DNA of 59,302 nucleotides, taken from IMG/VR virus record IMGVR_UViG_3300025889_000130, positions 1 through 59,302 of that record; one strand, given 5' to 3'. The stretch is from a virus (lineage: Duplodnaviria; Caudoviricetes). The notes under the pieces were generated by a model that saw only the letters and a list, made by a program, of their open reading frames with translations, did not search any database and was not told the origin of the DNA. Numbering within the stretch: the first letter of the stretch is position 1; each line of letters begins with the position of its first letter. Shown here one piece after another: positions 20,729 to 28,668 of this stretch. The position numbers and the translations under genes were made by a program.

Positions 20729-20861
20729 GGTTGATCTGCCTCGCCAGGGTTTGTGGTTATCCCCTGGCGGGGCTTCACTTTTCGCTTGTGGGCGGGAATA
20801 GGCTGATTACTGCGTAGCGGGGTCGGCCTCTCCGCTTACGGGCGGGGAGGGCTTCTTTATT
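20729..20861 (+). ncRNA. candidate structured RNA element, copy 1
   Basis: Three GC-rich hairpins; near-identical copy at 21974-22106 whose differences preserve pairing. Confidence 0.5.
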
Positions 20862-21031
20862 TTGGCACGCCAGCGGCTGCCCGCCCCGTGCCAACTCATA
20901 TTTGATAGCAAAAGTATTACAAAAGCTTCCCCAAAAAAAAAATCACTTTTTTGCAAAAAAAGCATTGACCAAAGAAGAAATTTCCCCATACTTATTTTTA
21001 TAACCTAAAGATTAACCTAATTAAAAAAACT

Positions 21032-21280
21032 ATGAAACACCTCTCACAAGCTCTCTCAGAACTCGGACTCTCACAAAATTGGTTCGATGAATTGAAATCG
21101 GAAGTTGAATCGGACAAAACATTTTCTGAAAATGGATTGCTTACCACTACAAGAGAAGATGTCGAAGATGAGTTTGTCCAACTCGATGTCCGTCTTGAAA
21201 AAATTGATGACAATGACGAAAGTTTTGTTGACATGGATGCAGTTTCTTCTACAATGGCAAACGTATTTAACCAAAATTAA
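21032..21280 (+). CDS. highly acidic small protein
   Basis: Promoter at 20965 plus leader; D/E-rich. Confidence 0.65.
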   Translation: MKHLSQALSELGLSQNWFDELKSEVESDKTFSENGLLTTTREDVEDEFVQLDVRLEKIDDNDESFVDMDAVSSTMANVFNQN

Positions 21281-21282
21281 AA

Positions 21283-21438
21283 ATGACAATCGAAACCCTC
21301 AATCTTATTATCGACCAAAACGCTGACGCTGCCCTTGCTGGCGACGAATCCGCAATTTACAACATACAATGGGCTGAAGAGCAGTTGACAAAATTGGCTT
21401 TCCTTAAAGTTCGTGAACTAGACCAAAAACAAAAATGA
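21283..21438 (+). CDS. 51-aa protein, tandem paralog of the next gene
   Basis: LNLIIDQNADAALAGDESA vs INLIFKQNSADAIAGNESA. Confidence 0.65.
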   Translation: MTIETLNLIIDQNADAALAGDESAIYNIQWAEEQLTKLAFLKVRELDQKQK

Positions 21439-21638
21439 GTAGACTTGAATCCATAAATCTTATTTTTAAGCAAAATAGTGCGGATGCTATTGCTGGAAAT
21501 GAATCCGCCTTTTCTAAAATCGAATTGGCTGCAGAGCAGTTGATAGAGTTAGGCCGTTTGAATAAATTAGCATGTCGGCATTTTAGAGAGTGTGCTCAAA
21601 TTAAAGCGGGAATATTTAAAAGCGATTTAGAAAAATGA
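21435..21638 (+). CDS. hypothetical protein, tandem paralog of the previous gene
   Basis: ATGA overlap and similarity to the upstream ORF. Confidence 0.65.
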   Translation: MSRLESINLIFKQNSADAIAGNESAFSKIELAAEQLIELGRLNKLACRHFRECAQIKAGIFKSDLEK

Positions 21639-21973
21639 ATATACTACAAAACATATTACTTGCTATTATCTTTGGCAATTTTGTTGTTGCCGCCGTGATG
21701 GTATTACTTTACATTCAATTTAGCATTGAGGATAAAAAAATGAAAAAAGAACTGGAAGAAATGTATGATGAGTATTATGGGCAAGATAAAAAATCTAATT
21801 AAGAAGGAGAATAAAATGAATCATTTAGTTATTATTGATAAGAAGACTTATTTTGAATATAGGCTTGGGAATCATTGTGGCAGTATGCCGAAGGCGCATT
21901 ACCCACAAGTTCAAGACGTTGTAAGTTATTTGAATAATTATTATTCTTTTGACACTCATGAGGTAATCTAATA

Positions 21974-22106
21974 GGTTAATCTGCCCCGCCAGGGTTTGTG
22001 GTTATCCCCTGGCGGGGCTTCACTTTTCGCTTGTGGGCGGGAATAGGCTGATTACTGCGTAGCGGGGTCGGCCTCTCCGCTTACGGGCGGAGAGGGCTTC
22101 TTTATT
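21974..22106 (+). ncRNA. candidate structured RNA element, copy 2
   Basis: Duplicate of 20729-20861. Confidence 0.5.
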
Positions 22107-22216
22107 TTGGCACGCCAGCGGCTGCCCGCCCCGTGCCAACTTTACCGCAAAAAAAAAATCACTTTTTCACAAAAAAAGGTATTGACTGCATAGCTTTTTC
22201 TGTCATACTGTAGGGC

Positions 22217-22990
22217 ATGATTAACCTACTGAGCAACCCATCCAAAATGCCCTGCAAGGGCTTTAACATTCCAGCAATGAAGTTCTGTCCAGCCGCCAAG
22301 TTAGTGATGAACCTCTGGAAAAAAGCATCCAAGGAACTTTCTAAGCTCATTTGTTCCTCTTGTTATGCTTGCAAGGGTATGTACCTTTTCCCCAGTGTTC
22401 GGGATTCTTTACAAAGTAAAGCTGATTTTCTCTTAAAATCTCTACGTGAAAACAACGGCGATGAATTTGTGGCGGAAATGTCCAAGCAAATTCAGTCCGC
22501 CTATTTTAAGAAGGGCGAAAAGAAAAAACTAAAGAATTGCGACACCAATTTTTTTCGTGTCCATGATTCGGGCGATTTATTCAACCCTGCATATATTGAT
22601 TGCTGGGTTAGGATTGCGAAGAATTTCCCAACCATTAACTTTTGGGTTCCAACCCGTGAACACGTTCGGGAGGAACAACTTCCCCACCTACGCAAACTTG
22701 CGGAACTTTCAAATGTTGTTGTCCGCCCTTCCGCATTGGAATTGGACGAACCTGCGCCACAAGTCGAAGGTCTTGACGGAGGCACAGCAGTTTATACCGA
22801 TGAAGCCAAGGCCAAGGCCGATGGACACATGATTTGCCCCGCCACCATCCACGCCCATCGCCTGGGAAGGAAGGGTTGGAAGGCACTGCCACAAAAGGAG
22901 CGAGCAAGGTTGGCGAGTTGTGCTGGTAACAACTGTACTGCCTGCTTTCTTAAATGTTCAAAAAAACCAAAAGCCTATATGGCTCATTAA
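22217..22990 (+). CDS. GP88-family protein, copy 2
   Basis: Same length as 14163..14936 and near-identical C-terminal half. Confidence 0.8.
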   Translation: MINLLSNPSKMPCKGFNIPAMKFCPAAKLVMNLWKKASKELSKLICSSCYACKGMYLFPSVRDSLQSKADFLLKSLRENNGDEFVAEMSKQIQSAYFKKGEKKKLKNCDTNFFRVHDSGDLFNPAYIDCWVRIAKNFPTINFWVPTREHVREEQLPHLRKLAELSNVVVRPSALELDEPAPQVEGLDGGTAVYTDEAKAKADGHMICPATIHAHRLGRKGWKALPQKERARLASCAGNNCTACFLKCSKKPKAYMAH

Positions 22991-23229
22991 AAAAGAATAC
23001 AAATGCTATCAGGAATCCTACTTATATGTTTTATCATAGGTGCCACCTTTCTTTAGTTCCTACGGTTCGCGTGCTAATTTTTGGCACGCTAGCCGCTGCC
23101 CGCCCCGTGCCAACTTTACCGAGAAAAAAAAATCACTTTTTTGCGTTTTTTTGCAAAAAAGGGGTTGACCTCACGCTTTTTTTTGTCATACTAGGGGAAC
23201 ATTAAGATTAACCCTAACAAAAGAAAACC

Positions 23230-23382
23230 ATGACAGAACAGCAAATCCAATACGAACTGACTTTAATTGATTGGCTTAACGCTCGCCTTGAAAAGTGTCT
23301 GCAAATGGACATGGATAACAGGAATGAGCTTATCAAGCTCAGTCAAGAATTAAAGGCAAAGTTCGTCGAAACCGAAGATTAA
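23230..23382 (+). CDS. 50-aa hypothetical protein
   Basis: Follows the promoter+leader module; MTEQQIQYEL... Confidence 0.65.
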   Translation: MTEQQIQYELTLIDWLNARLEKCLQMDMDNRNELIKLSQELKAKFVETED

Positions 23383-23463
23383 AAAAAATCACTTTTTTGC
23401 AAAAAAGATATTGACCGCAAGCGAATTTTCCCCATACTTACTTTTATAACCTCAAGATTAACC

Positions 23464-23712
23464 ATGACCATTCAAACACTAGCACACGCTGATTCCCTTG
23501 AACGCCTTTCTTTTTCTGATTTGAATTGGGAAGAATATGAAGCCTGCAAGGCTGGCCTTATTTACTACGAAGGCTTGCGGGACTACTTAGAAGCAAACTG
23601 CCCAGAAAACAAGGAAAAGATTTTGGACATCGAAGACACCATTTCAGCCCATTATACTGTCCTTGCTGACATCGTAGGCGGGGCAAAGGTAAATTATGAA
23701 TCTATTATCTAA
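23464..23712 (+). CDS. hypothetical protein
   Basis: Promoter at 23411; AGATTAACC directly before ATG. Confidence 0.65.
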   Translation: MTIQTLAHADSLERLSFSDLNWEEYEACKAGLIYYEGLRDYLEANCPENKEKILDIEDTISAHYTVLADIVGGAKVNYESII

Positions 23713-23876
23713 TGAGCTTAGAAAAATCAATTAAACATAAAAAAGAATATCGCAAGCCTTATTACAAATCAGGAAAATTCGACAAGACTTGTCGCCCAGG
23801 AGGTTCTTGCCCATATTGCAAATCAAATAGAAAACATAAACACAAAAAACAAAAGCTAATTTATAATTATGAATAA
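23712..23876 (+). CDS. 54-aa basic Cys-containing protein
   Basis: MSLEKSIKHKKEYRKPY...DKTCRPGGSCPYC; TAATG coupling to upstream gene. Confidence 0.65.
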   Translation: MSLEKSIKHKKEYRKPYYKSGKFDKTCRPGGSCPYCKSNRKHKHKKQKLIYNYE

Positions 23877-24200
23877 ATTATCAACACAACTAAATAAGTT
23901 TATTGCTAATAATAAAAAAAAGATTGCTCTTCATTATAAAGAAGCAAGGCGAAATACAATGACAGTCGAAGGTATGCTGTTTGCAAGTAAAGTAAATAAA
24001 AAATAATTTCTTATGGTTAATCTGCCCCGTCGAGGTTGATGGTGATCCTCGGCGGGGTTTTTTTGGCACGCCACGGGCTGCCCGCCCCGTGCCAACTTTA
24101 CCGCAAAAAAAAATTTATTTTTTTTCAAAAAAGTGTTGACCGAACGTTTTTTTCTGTCAAACTAGGGGAAGATTAAGATTAACCATAACGAAAGAAAAAG

Positions 24201-24332
24201 ATGAACATCCAAACCCTCGCCCAACTCTCCACTCAAGAACTTGCTATCCTGAACGGGTGGCATGATGACCAAGCCATGACTGGCAATGAAATTGACCAAA
24301 TGGTCGAGCAATTCCAAAAGGAGGACAAGTAA
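24201..24332 (+). CDS. 43-aa hypothetical protein
   Basis: Follows the leader module; TAATG coupled to the next ORF. Confidence 0.6.
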   Translation: MNIQTLAQLSTQELAILNGWHDDQAMTGNEIDQMVEQFQKEDK

Positions 24333-24526
24333 TGAAAGTCATTAGGACAATCAAAGTTGAAGGCATCAGCGGACACGGGAAAAACAGAATCCGTGAGCAT
24401 GGAACCGATTGGGACGTTCTGGCCGAAAGCGGTGAAAAAATGTTAATAGTGCCAAGCGGCCAAGACATCAGCGGCTGGTGGCGATGGATATTGAAACGTC
24501 AAGACCCACATTTTCGACAGGTGTAA
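24332..24526 (+). CDS. hypothetical protein
   Basis: GGAGG RBS; HGKNRIREHG..W motif. Confidence 0.65.
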   Translation: MKVIRTIKVEGISGHGKNRIREHGTDWDVLAESGEKMLIVPSGQDISGWWRWILKRQDPHFRQV

Positions 24527-24675
24527 GTTTTGCTAATTGGCACGCCACGGGCTGCCCGCCCCGTGCCAACTTTACCGCAAAAAAAAATTTATTTTTTTTC
24601 AAAAAAGTGTTGACCGAACGTTTTTTTCTGTCAAACTAGGGGAAGATTAAGATTAACCCAAACCAAAAAACCACT

Positions 24676-24909
24676 ATGACAAACCTTATCAAAGCTATCG
24701 TTCTCGCCGCTCCTGTTTCTTACCCTTACTCTATTGGGCAAGAAACAAGTTTTATCCTTTCAAATGCTGATTACAAAGTTGGCCAAGAAATTTCTTTCAA
24801 CAACGGCTTATCAATCAAAGTAACCGAGCTTCCAGTCATTGATGAGCAAGCCTACGAAGCAATGAAGTCTCGCCACATTGAAATTTCCCACCGCAACGGC
24901 GTAGAATAA
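24676..24909 (+). CDS. SHRNGVE-family protein, paralog 1
   Basis: Follows the leader module; C-terminus shared with 27446..27709. Confidence 0.7.
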   Translation: MTNLIKAIVLAAPVSYPYSIGQETSFILSNADYKVGQEISFNNGLSIKVTELPVIDEQAYEAMKSRHIEISHRNGVE

Positions 24910-25001
24910 AAAAATCACTTTTTCGCAAAAAAAGAGTTGACCGAACGTTTTTTTCTGTCAAGCTAGGGGAAGATTAAGATTAACCCAAACGAAAGAAAAC
25001 C

Positions 25002-25181
25002 ATGCTATCAGTAGAACGCCACCCAAACCTTGACAACTGGTTCGAAGTCCGTGCATTTGGAAAAATGCTCGACCAATTCACATCTGCCGTCAGAGCTATA
25101 CAATTCGCAAAGAAAATACAAAAACAAAAGAAAATTGATAGCATTTATATTAACATTAAGCGTGAATATGATGAAGATTGA
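25002..25181 (+). CDS. 59-aa RHPNLDNW-family protein, paralog 2
   Basis: MLSVERHPNLDNWFEVRAFG... Confidence 0.75.
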   Translation: MLSVERHPNLDNWFEVRAFGKMLDQFTSAVRAIQFAKKIQKQKKIDSIYINIKREYDED

Positions 25182-25374
25182 ATCGCCCTTTGTCCTTACT
25201 TCTTTGAACGAATACAATATCATTCTAAGAAAAGATAATCCATTTTATAAGCCAACAGGAAGGGATTTAATTCTGAGTATTGATGCAGTATTAGCAAACG
25301 AAGATAGATTGGAAGAAATTACTGATCAACTAGGCTTGCCAGAAAGTCAAGCAGTTTTTTTATTGCATGACTGA
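25168..25374 (+). CDS. hypothetical protein
   Basis: MMKIESPFVL..., overlapping the upstream stop. Confidence 0.5.
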   Translation: MMKIESPFVLTSLNEYNIILRKDNPFYKPTGRDLILSIDAVLANEDRLEEITDQLGLPESQAVFLLHD

Positions 25375-25519
25375 CAAAAGCTGGCACGCCAGCGGCTGCC
25401 CGCCCCGTGCCAATTTTACCACAAAAAAAAATTTATTTTTTTTACAAAAAGGGTTGACCTCACGCTTTTTTTTGTCATACTGGGGGAAGATTAAGATTAA
25501 CCCTAACGAAAGAAAAAAG

Positions 25520-25666
25520 ATGACCTTCGTTCAAAATCTCCAACTCAAAATTCGCCTCCAGAACAGCATTGCTAAAAGCAAGGCCGCCCTCGAAGAGATT
25601 AAGGCCGACATAGAGGCACAAAAGGCAGAGATAGCTCGCCTCAAAAAAATTCTCTCTGATATGTAA
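25520..25666 (+). CDS. 48-aa coiled-coil LQLKIRLQNSIAKS-family protein, paralog 1
   Basis: Follows the leader module. Confidence 0.75.
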   Translation: MTFVQNLQLKIRLQNSIAKSKAALEEIKADIEAQKAEIARLKKILSDM

Positions 25667-25703
25667 AAAGATTTGACGTTTACATAAATTTCCACATTCT
25701 CAT

Positions 25704-25925
25704 ATGTATAACCTGATATTGAAAATGATTACTATCAAACGCCACTCGAACCTCGACAACTGGATTAACCTTGCCATTAACGGCAAAGTTTTCAAGCAAC
25801 TGAATTCCCGCTCGAAAGCGGTTAAGATTGCTCACGCTATGGGCAAAATTAAGGGATTGAAGGTGCTTGACCTTGACGTTGGGGAAAGGCATCATGATGG
25901 CAAAACTATTTCAGTAAAATCATAA
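25704..25925 (+). CDS. RHSNLDNW-family protein, diverged paralog 3
   Basis: MITIKRHSNLDNWINLAING... Confidence 0.65.
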   Translation: MYNLILKMITIKRHSNLDNWINLAINGKVFKQLNSRSKAVKIAHAMGKIKGLKVLDLDVGERHHDGKTISVKS

Positions 25926-25943
25926 ACCTCACAAACGTAGTAC

Positions 25944-26150
25944 ATGGAATGGAGTAAAATCATGAATTTGAATCACGAACAAATTGCTTTTTTGCGAGAA
26001 ACCCTAGAAAAGAGAAAGGGTGGCGAATTGTACGCCAAGGAAACTCAAGACCCTATGTATGAGGCTTACCAGGAAGGGGTGATTGAAGAAATTGACGAAT
26101 TGCTCGACATTCTTGGGCCCCGCTCGACTGTTATCGTCACCCAGGGATAA
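25944..26150 (+). CDS. hypothetical protein
   Basis: ORF ends directly at an 18-bp palindrome. Confidence 0.55.
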   Translation: MEWSKIMNLNHEQIAFLRETLEKRKGGELYAKETQDPMYEAYQEGVIEEIDELLDILGPRSTVIVTQG

Positions 26151-26170
26151 TTGGGGAATATTCCCCAACC

Positions 26171-26317
26171 CGCCAAGCCACCCAAGCCAAGCTCCAAACT
26201 TTGCTTTCTGATAAAGACGAACTCGACATCGAGTTCGCCCTCAAGGATAGCATCATGAACCGCGCCATGATTAGCAGTCGTGTTCGTAAAATGAAACGTC
26301 AAGGCGATGAAGATTGA
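26171..26317 (+). pseudogene. 5'-truncated ORF remnant
   Basis: RQATQAKLQTLLSDKDELDIEFALKDSIMNRAMISSRVRKMKRQGDED* has no upstream start or promoter; 3' flank ATCGCCCTTTGT is shared with 25182. Confidence 0.45.
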
Positions 26318-26512
26318 ATCGCCCTTTGTACTCTGCCCCGTCGAGGTTTTTGAATTTTCTCGACGGGGCTTTTTTTGGCACGCCAGCGGCTGCCCGCCCC
26401 GTGCCAACTTTACCGAGAAAAAAATTTATTTTTTTTCAAAAAAGAGTTGACCGCATGCTTTTTTCTGTCAAACTAGGAGAAGATTAAGATTAACCATAAC
26501 GAAAAAACCACT

Positions 26513-26701
26513 ATGAAAAACGAAACAATCGAAAACCCACAAACCGAATCCGAATTCATGGCAGACTGCATGGAGGATTTGGTTTACTACGAAGAACTAT
26601 TAGCTCATGCGGGAAAGAATGGCTCTGATAACAACATGAGCGTCGAACACATCGAGGCGGCGATTGCCGATTTGAAATTTGTAATGGGCATTAACTATTA
26701 G
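26513..26701 (+). CDS. acidic hypothetical protein
   Basis: Follows the leader module. Confidence 0.65.
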   Translation: MKNETIENPQTESEFMADCMEDLVYYEELLAHAGKNGSDNNMSVEHIEAAIADLKFVMGINY

Positions 26702-26881
26702 ATTAGCTTTTTCGCAAAAAAGTTTTGCTAATTGGCACGGGGCGGGCAGCCGCTGGCGTGCCAACTTTACCGAGAAAAAAAAATCACTTTTTTGCATTTT
26801 TTCGCAAAAAAGGGGTTGACCTCACGCTTTTTTCTGTCAAACTAGGGGAAGATTAAGATTAACCCTAACGAAAGAAAAAAG

Positions 26882-27028
26882 ATGACCCTCGTCCAAAAGC
26901 TCCAACTCAAGATTCGCCTCCAGAACAGCATTGCCAAAAGTAAGGCCGCTCTTGAAGAGATTAAGGCAGAAATGGAGGCACAAAAGGCAGAGATAGCCTA
27001 CCTCAAAAAAATTCTCTCTGATATGTAA
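26882..27028 (+). CDS. LQLKIRLQNSIAKS-family protein, paralog 2
   Basis: MTLVQKLQLKIRLQNSIAKSKAALEEIKAEMEAQKAEIAYLKKILSDM. Confidence 0.75.
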   Translation: MTLVQKLQLKIRLQNSIAKSKAALEEIKAEMEAQKAEIAYLKKILSDM

Positions 27029-27090
27029 AAAAATTTGACATTTGCCTAAATTTCCACATTCTCATTGATATAACCTTAACCATAACCATT

Positions 27091-27270
27091 ATGAAAATCG
27101 AAAAACACGACGTAATTATCTACAAAGAAAAAATCTATCATGTCATCCAAGCCGATGCTGAAAATCTTATCGGTCGCCTTTACCGCACAAACAAACAATT
27201 CATAATTCCAACTTCTCAAGCTAAGAAGCACCCTTTCTTCCCTAACGGATTAACCTTCCTTAAACATTAA
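27091..27270 (+). CDS. 59-aa hypothetical protein
   Basis: Own promoter; MKIEKHDVIIYKEKIYHV... Confidence 0.6.
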   Translation: MKIEKHDVIIYKEKIYHVIQADAENLIGRLYRTNKQFIIPTSQAKKHPFFPNGLTFLKH

Positions 27271-27445
27271 CTTTTTCGCAAAAAAGTTTTGCTAATTGGC
27301 ACGCCAGCGGCTGCCCGCCCCGTGCCAACTTTACCGAGAAAAAAAAATTACTTTTTTGCGTTTTTTTGCAAAAAAGGGGTTGACCTCACGCTTTTTTTTT
27401 CCATACTAGGGGAAGATTAAGATTAACCCAAACGAAAGAAAAAAG

Positions 27446-27709
27446 ATGACCAATTCACCAAAAATCCACGTTAAAGCAAAAGTTACAAACTCCTCATCAT
27501 CCTGGCTTAAAGACGGCTCTGTTCGGGATGCGCTCGTTTCGTTAGAAAACGCTGTCGTTGGCAAACTGATTAGAACAACATTCGGATACAGTCTTAAAAT
27601 CACCGAGATAGTCGGAGAGTACGTGCCAGAAACCACACTTTCTGACGAAGAATATGAGGCTCTAAAGGCTCGTGAAATTGAAAAAAGCCACCGCAACGGC
27701 GTAGAATAA
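27446..27709 (+). CDS. SHRNGVE-family protein, paralog 2
   Basis: Follows the leader module; YEALKAREIEKSHRNGVE. Confidence 0.7.
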   Translation: MTNSPKIHVKAKVTNSSSSWLKDGSVRDALVSLENAVVGKLIRTTFGYSLKITEIVGEYVPETTLSDEEYEALKAREIEKSHRNGVE

Positions 27710-27804
27710 AAAAATCACTTTTTCGCAAAAAAGGTATTGACCGCACGGCTTTTTTTCCCATACTTAAGGATATTAAGATTAACCCTAACGAAAGAAAAAC
27801 CATC

Positions 27805-28119
27805 ATGAAATCATATTCCGTCTCCTTCCTCACACAAATTTTCCGCAATGGTGTTTTCGCCAAAGTCGAAAAGAACGCGCTGGTCATCCCAGCAAACTCT
27901 GCCGATGAAATTACTGACGAAAAAGTTAAGCAGTACGCAAGGCATCTTGTTAAAGAAGGCTCCAGCAAAGCTTACAATCCTGATAACATTTTTGAACCCA
28001 TCACCATCACCCGCGCTTTCTACAAAATCGAAAAAATCAAACTCATTCCAGCAATTGATTCTTCTAATTGGGTAGAACACGCTCGCAAGGAAGATTCTCG
28101 CTACTCCTTAGTAAACTAA
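27805..28119 (+). CDS. hypothetical protein
   Basis: Follows the leader module. Confidence 0.7.
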   Translation: MKSYSVSFLTQIFRNGVFAKVEKNALVIPANSADEITDEKVKQYARHLVKEGSSKAYNPDNIFEPITITRAFYKIEKIKLIPAIDSSNWVEHARKEDSRYSLVN

Positions 28120-28313
28120 TCAAGGTTATAGGATTGGGGAATATTCCCCAATCGCTGGGGTTGGGGAATATTCCCCAACTTATCTTTGCTTGTAAAAGTA
28201 TTTAAAAAGCCTCGCAAAAAAAAATCACTTTTTTGCAAAAAAGGTATTGACCAAACGCTTTTTTTTCCCATACTTAAGGATATTAAGATTAACCCTAACG
28301 AAAGAAAAACCAT

Positions 28314-28574
28314 ATGAAAAAAATCACACTCTCCTCCTCTAAGATTAACGCAGTTCACGATACCCTTAAAAGTATGCATGAAAATTTCGCAGTTGAGCAA
28401 GTTAGCGGGCGTTATGACCCGAAACCTGTAATTGATTGCATTGAAAAAGGTTTGTTCCACCAAGCCGCTGAATGGGCGATTTGCTCTTATTTAGAACAGA
28501 ATGGTGATACAGTCGATGTTGATAACTACATTGCAGACCTTATTGACGATTTCGAGTTTATTGTAAACTCGTAA
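28314..28574 (+). CDS. hypothetical protein
   Basis: Follows the leader module. Confidence 0.7.
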   Translation: MKKITLSSSKINAVHDTLKSMHENFAVEQVSGRYDPKPVIDCIEKGLFHQAAEWAICSYLEQNGDTVDVDNYIADLIDDFEFIVNS

Positions 28575-28668
28575 AAAAAAATCACTTTTTTGCAAAAAAG
28601 GTATTGACCAAACGCTTTTTTTTCCCATACTAAAGGATATTAAGATTAACCCAAACGAAAGAAAAAAG

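Larger units (their letters stand above)
13223..27328. repeat. 15 dispersed copies of the 33-bp dyad TTGGCACG-N6-GCWGC-N6-CGTGCCAA
   Basis: Copies start at 13223, 14055, 15027, 16430, 17529, 19687, 20862, 22107, 23081, 24063, 24537, 25381, 26375, 26732 (core inverted) and 27296; all intergenic and upstream of promoters. Confidence 0.97.
14021..28178. repeat. six copies of the perfect palindrome TTGGGGAATATTCCCCAA
   Basis: At 14022, 18211, 18238, 26151, 28134 and 28161; each single copy or pair lies just after a stop codon. Confidence 0.95.
19789..28668 (+). promoter_or_regulatory. repeated promoter+leader module (A/T tracts-TTGACC-N16-CAWACT-...-AGATTAACC-A-rich-ATG)
   Basis: -35 boxes at 19789, 20965, 23165, 23411, 24136, 24610, 24937, 25454, 26447, 26816, 27380, 27737, 28247 and 28604. 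Confidence 0.85.

Noticed and set aside
14163-22990. Diversity-generating retroelement template/variable repeat pair
   Set aside because: Differences are mostly synonymous and not adenine-specific, both copies are full genes, and there is no reverse transcriptase in the window
13223-27328. CRISPR array interpretation of the 33-bp palindromic repeat
   Set aside because: The intervals are 0.35-2.2 kb and contain promoters and genes rather than 30-40 bp spacers; no cas genes are present
13223-27328. Classical integron attC sites
   Set aside because: No RYYYAAC/GTTRRRY box architecture, no integron integrase in the window, and the cassettes carry their own promoters
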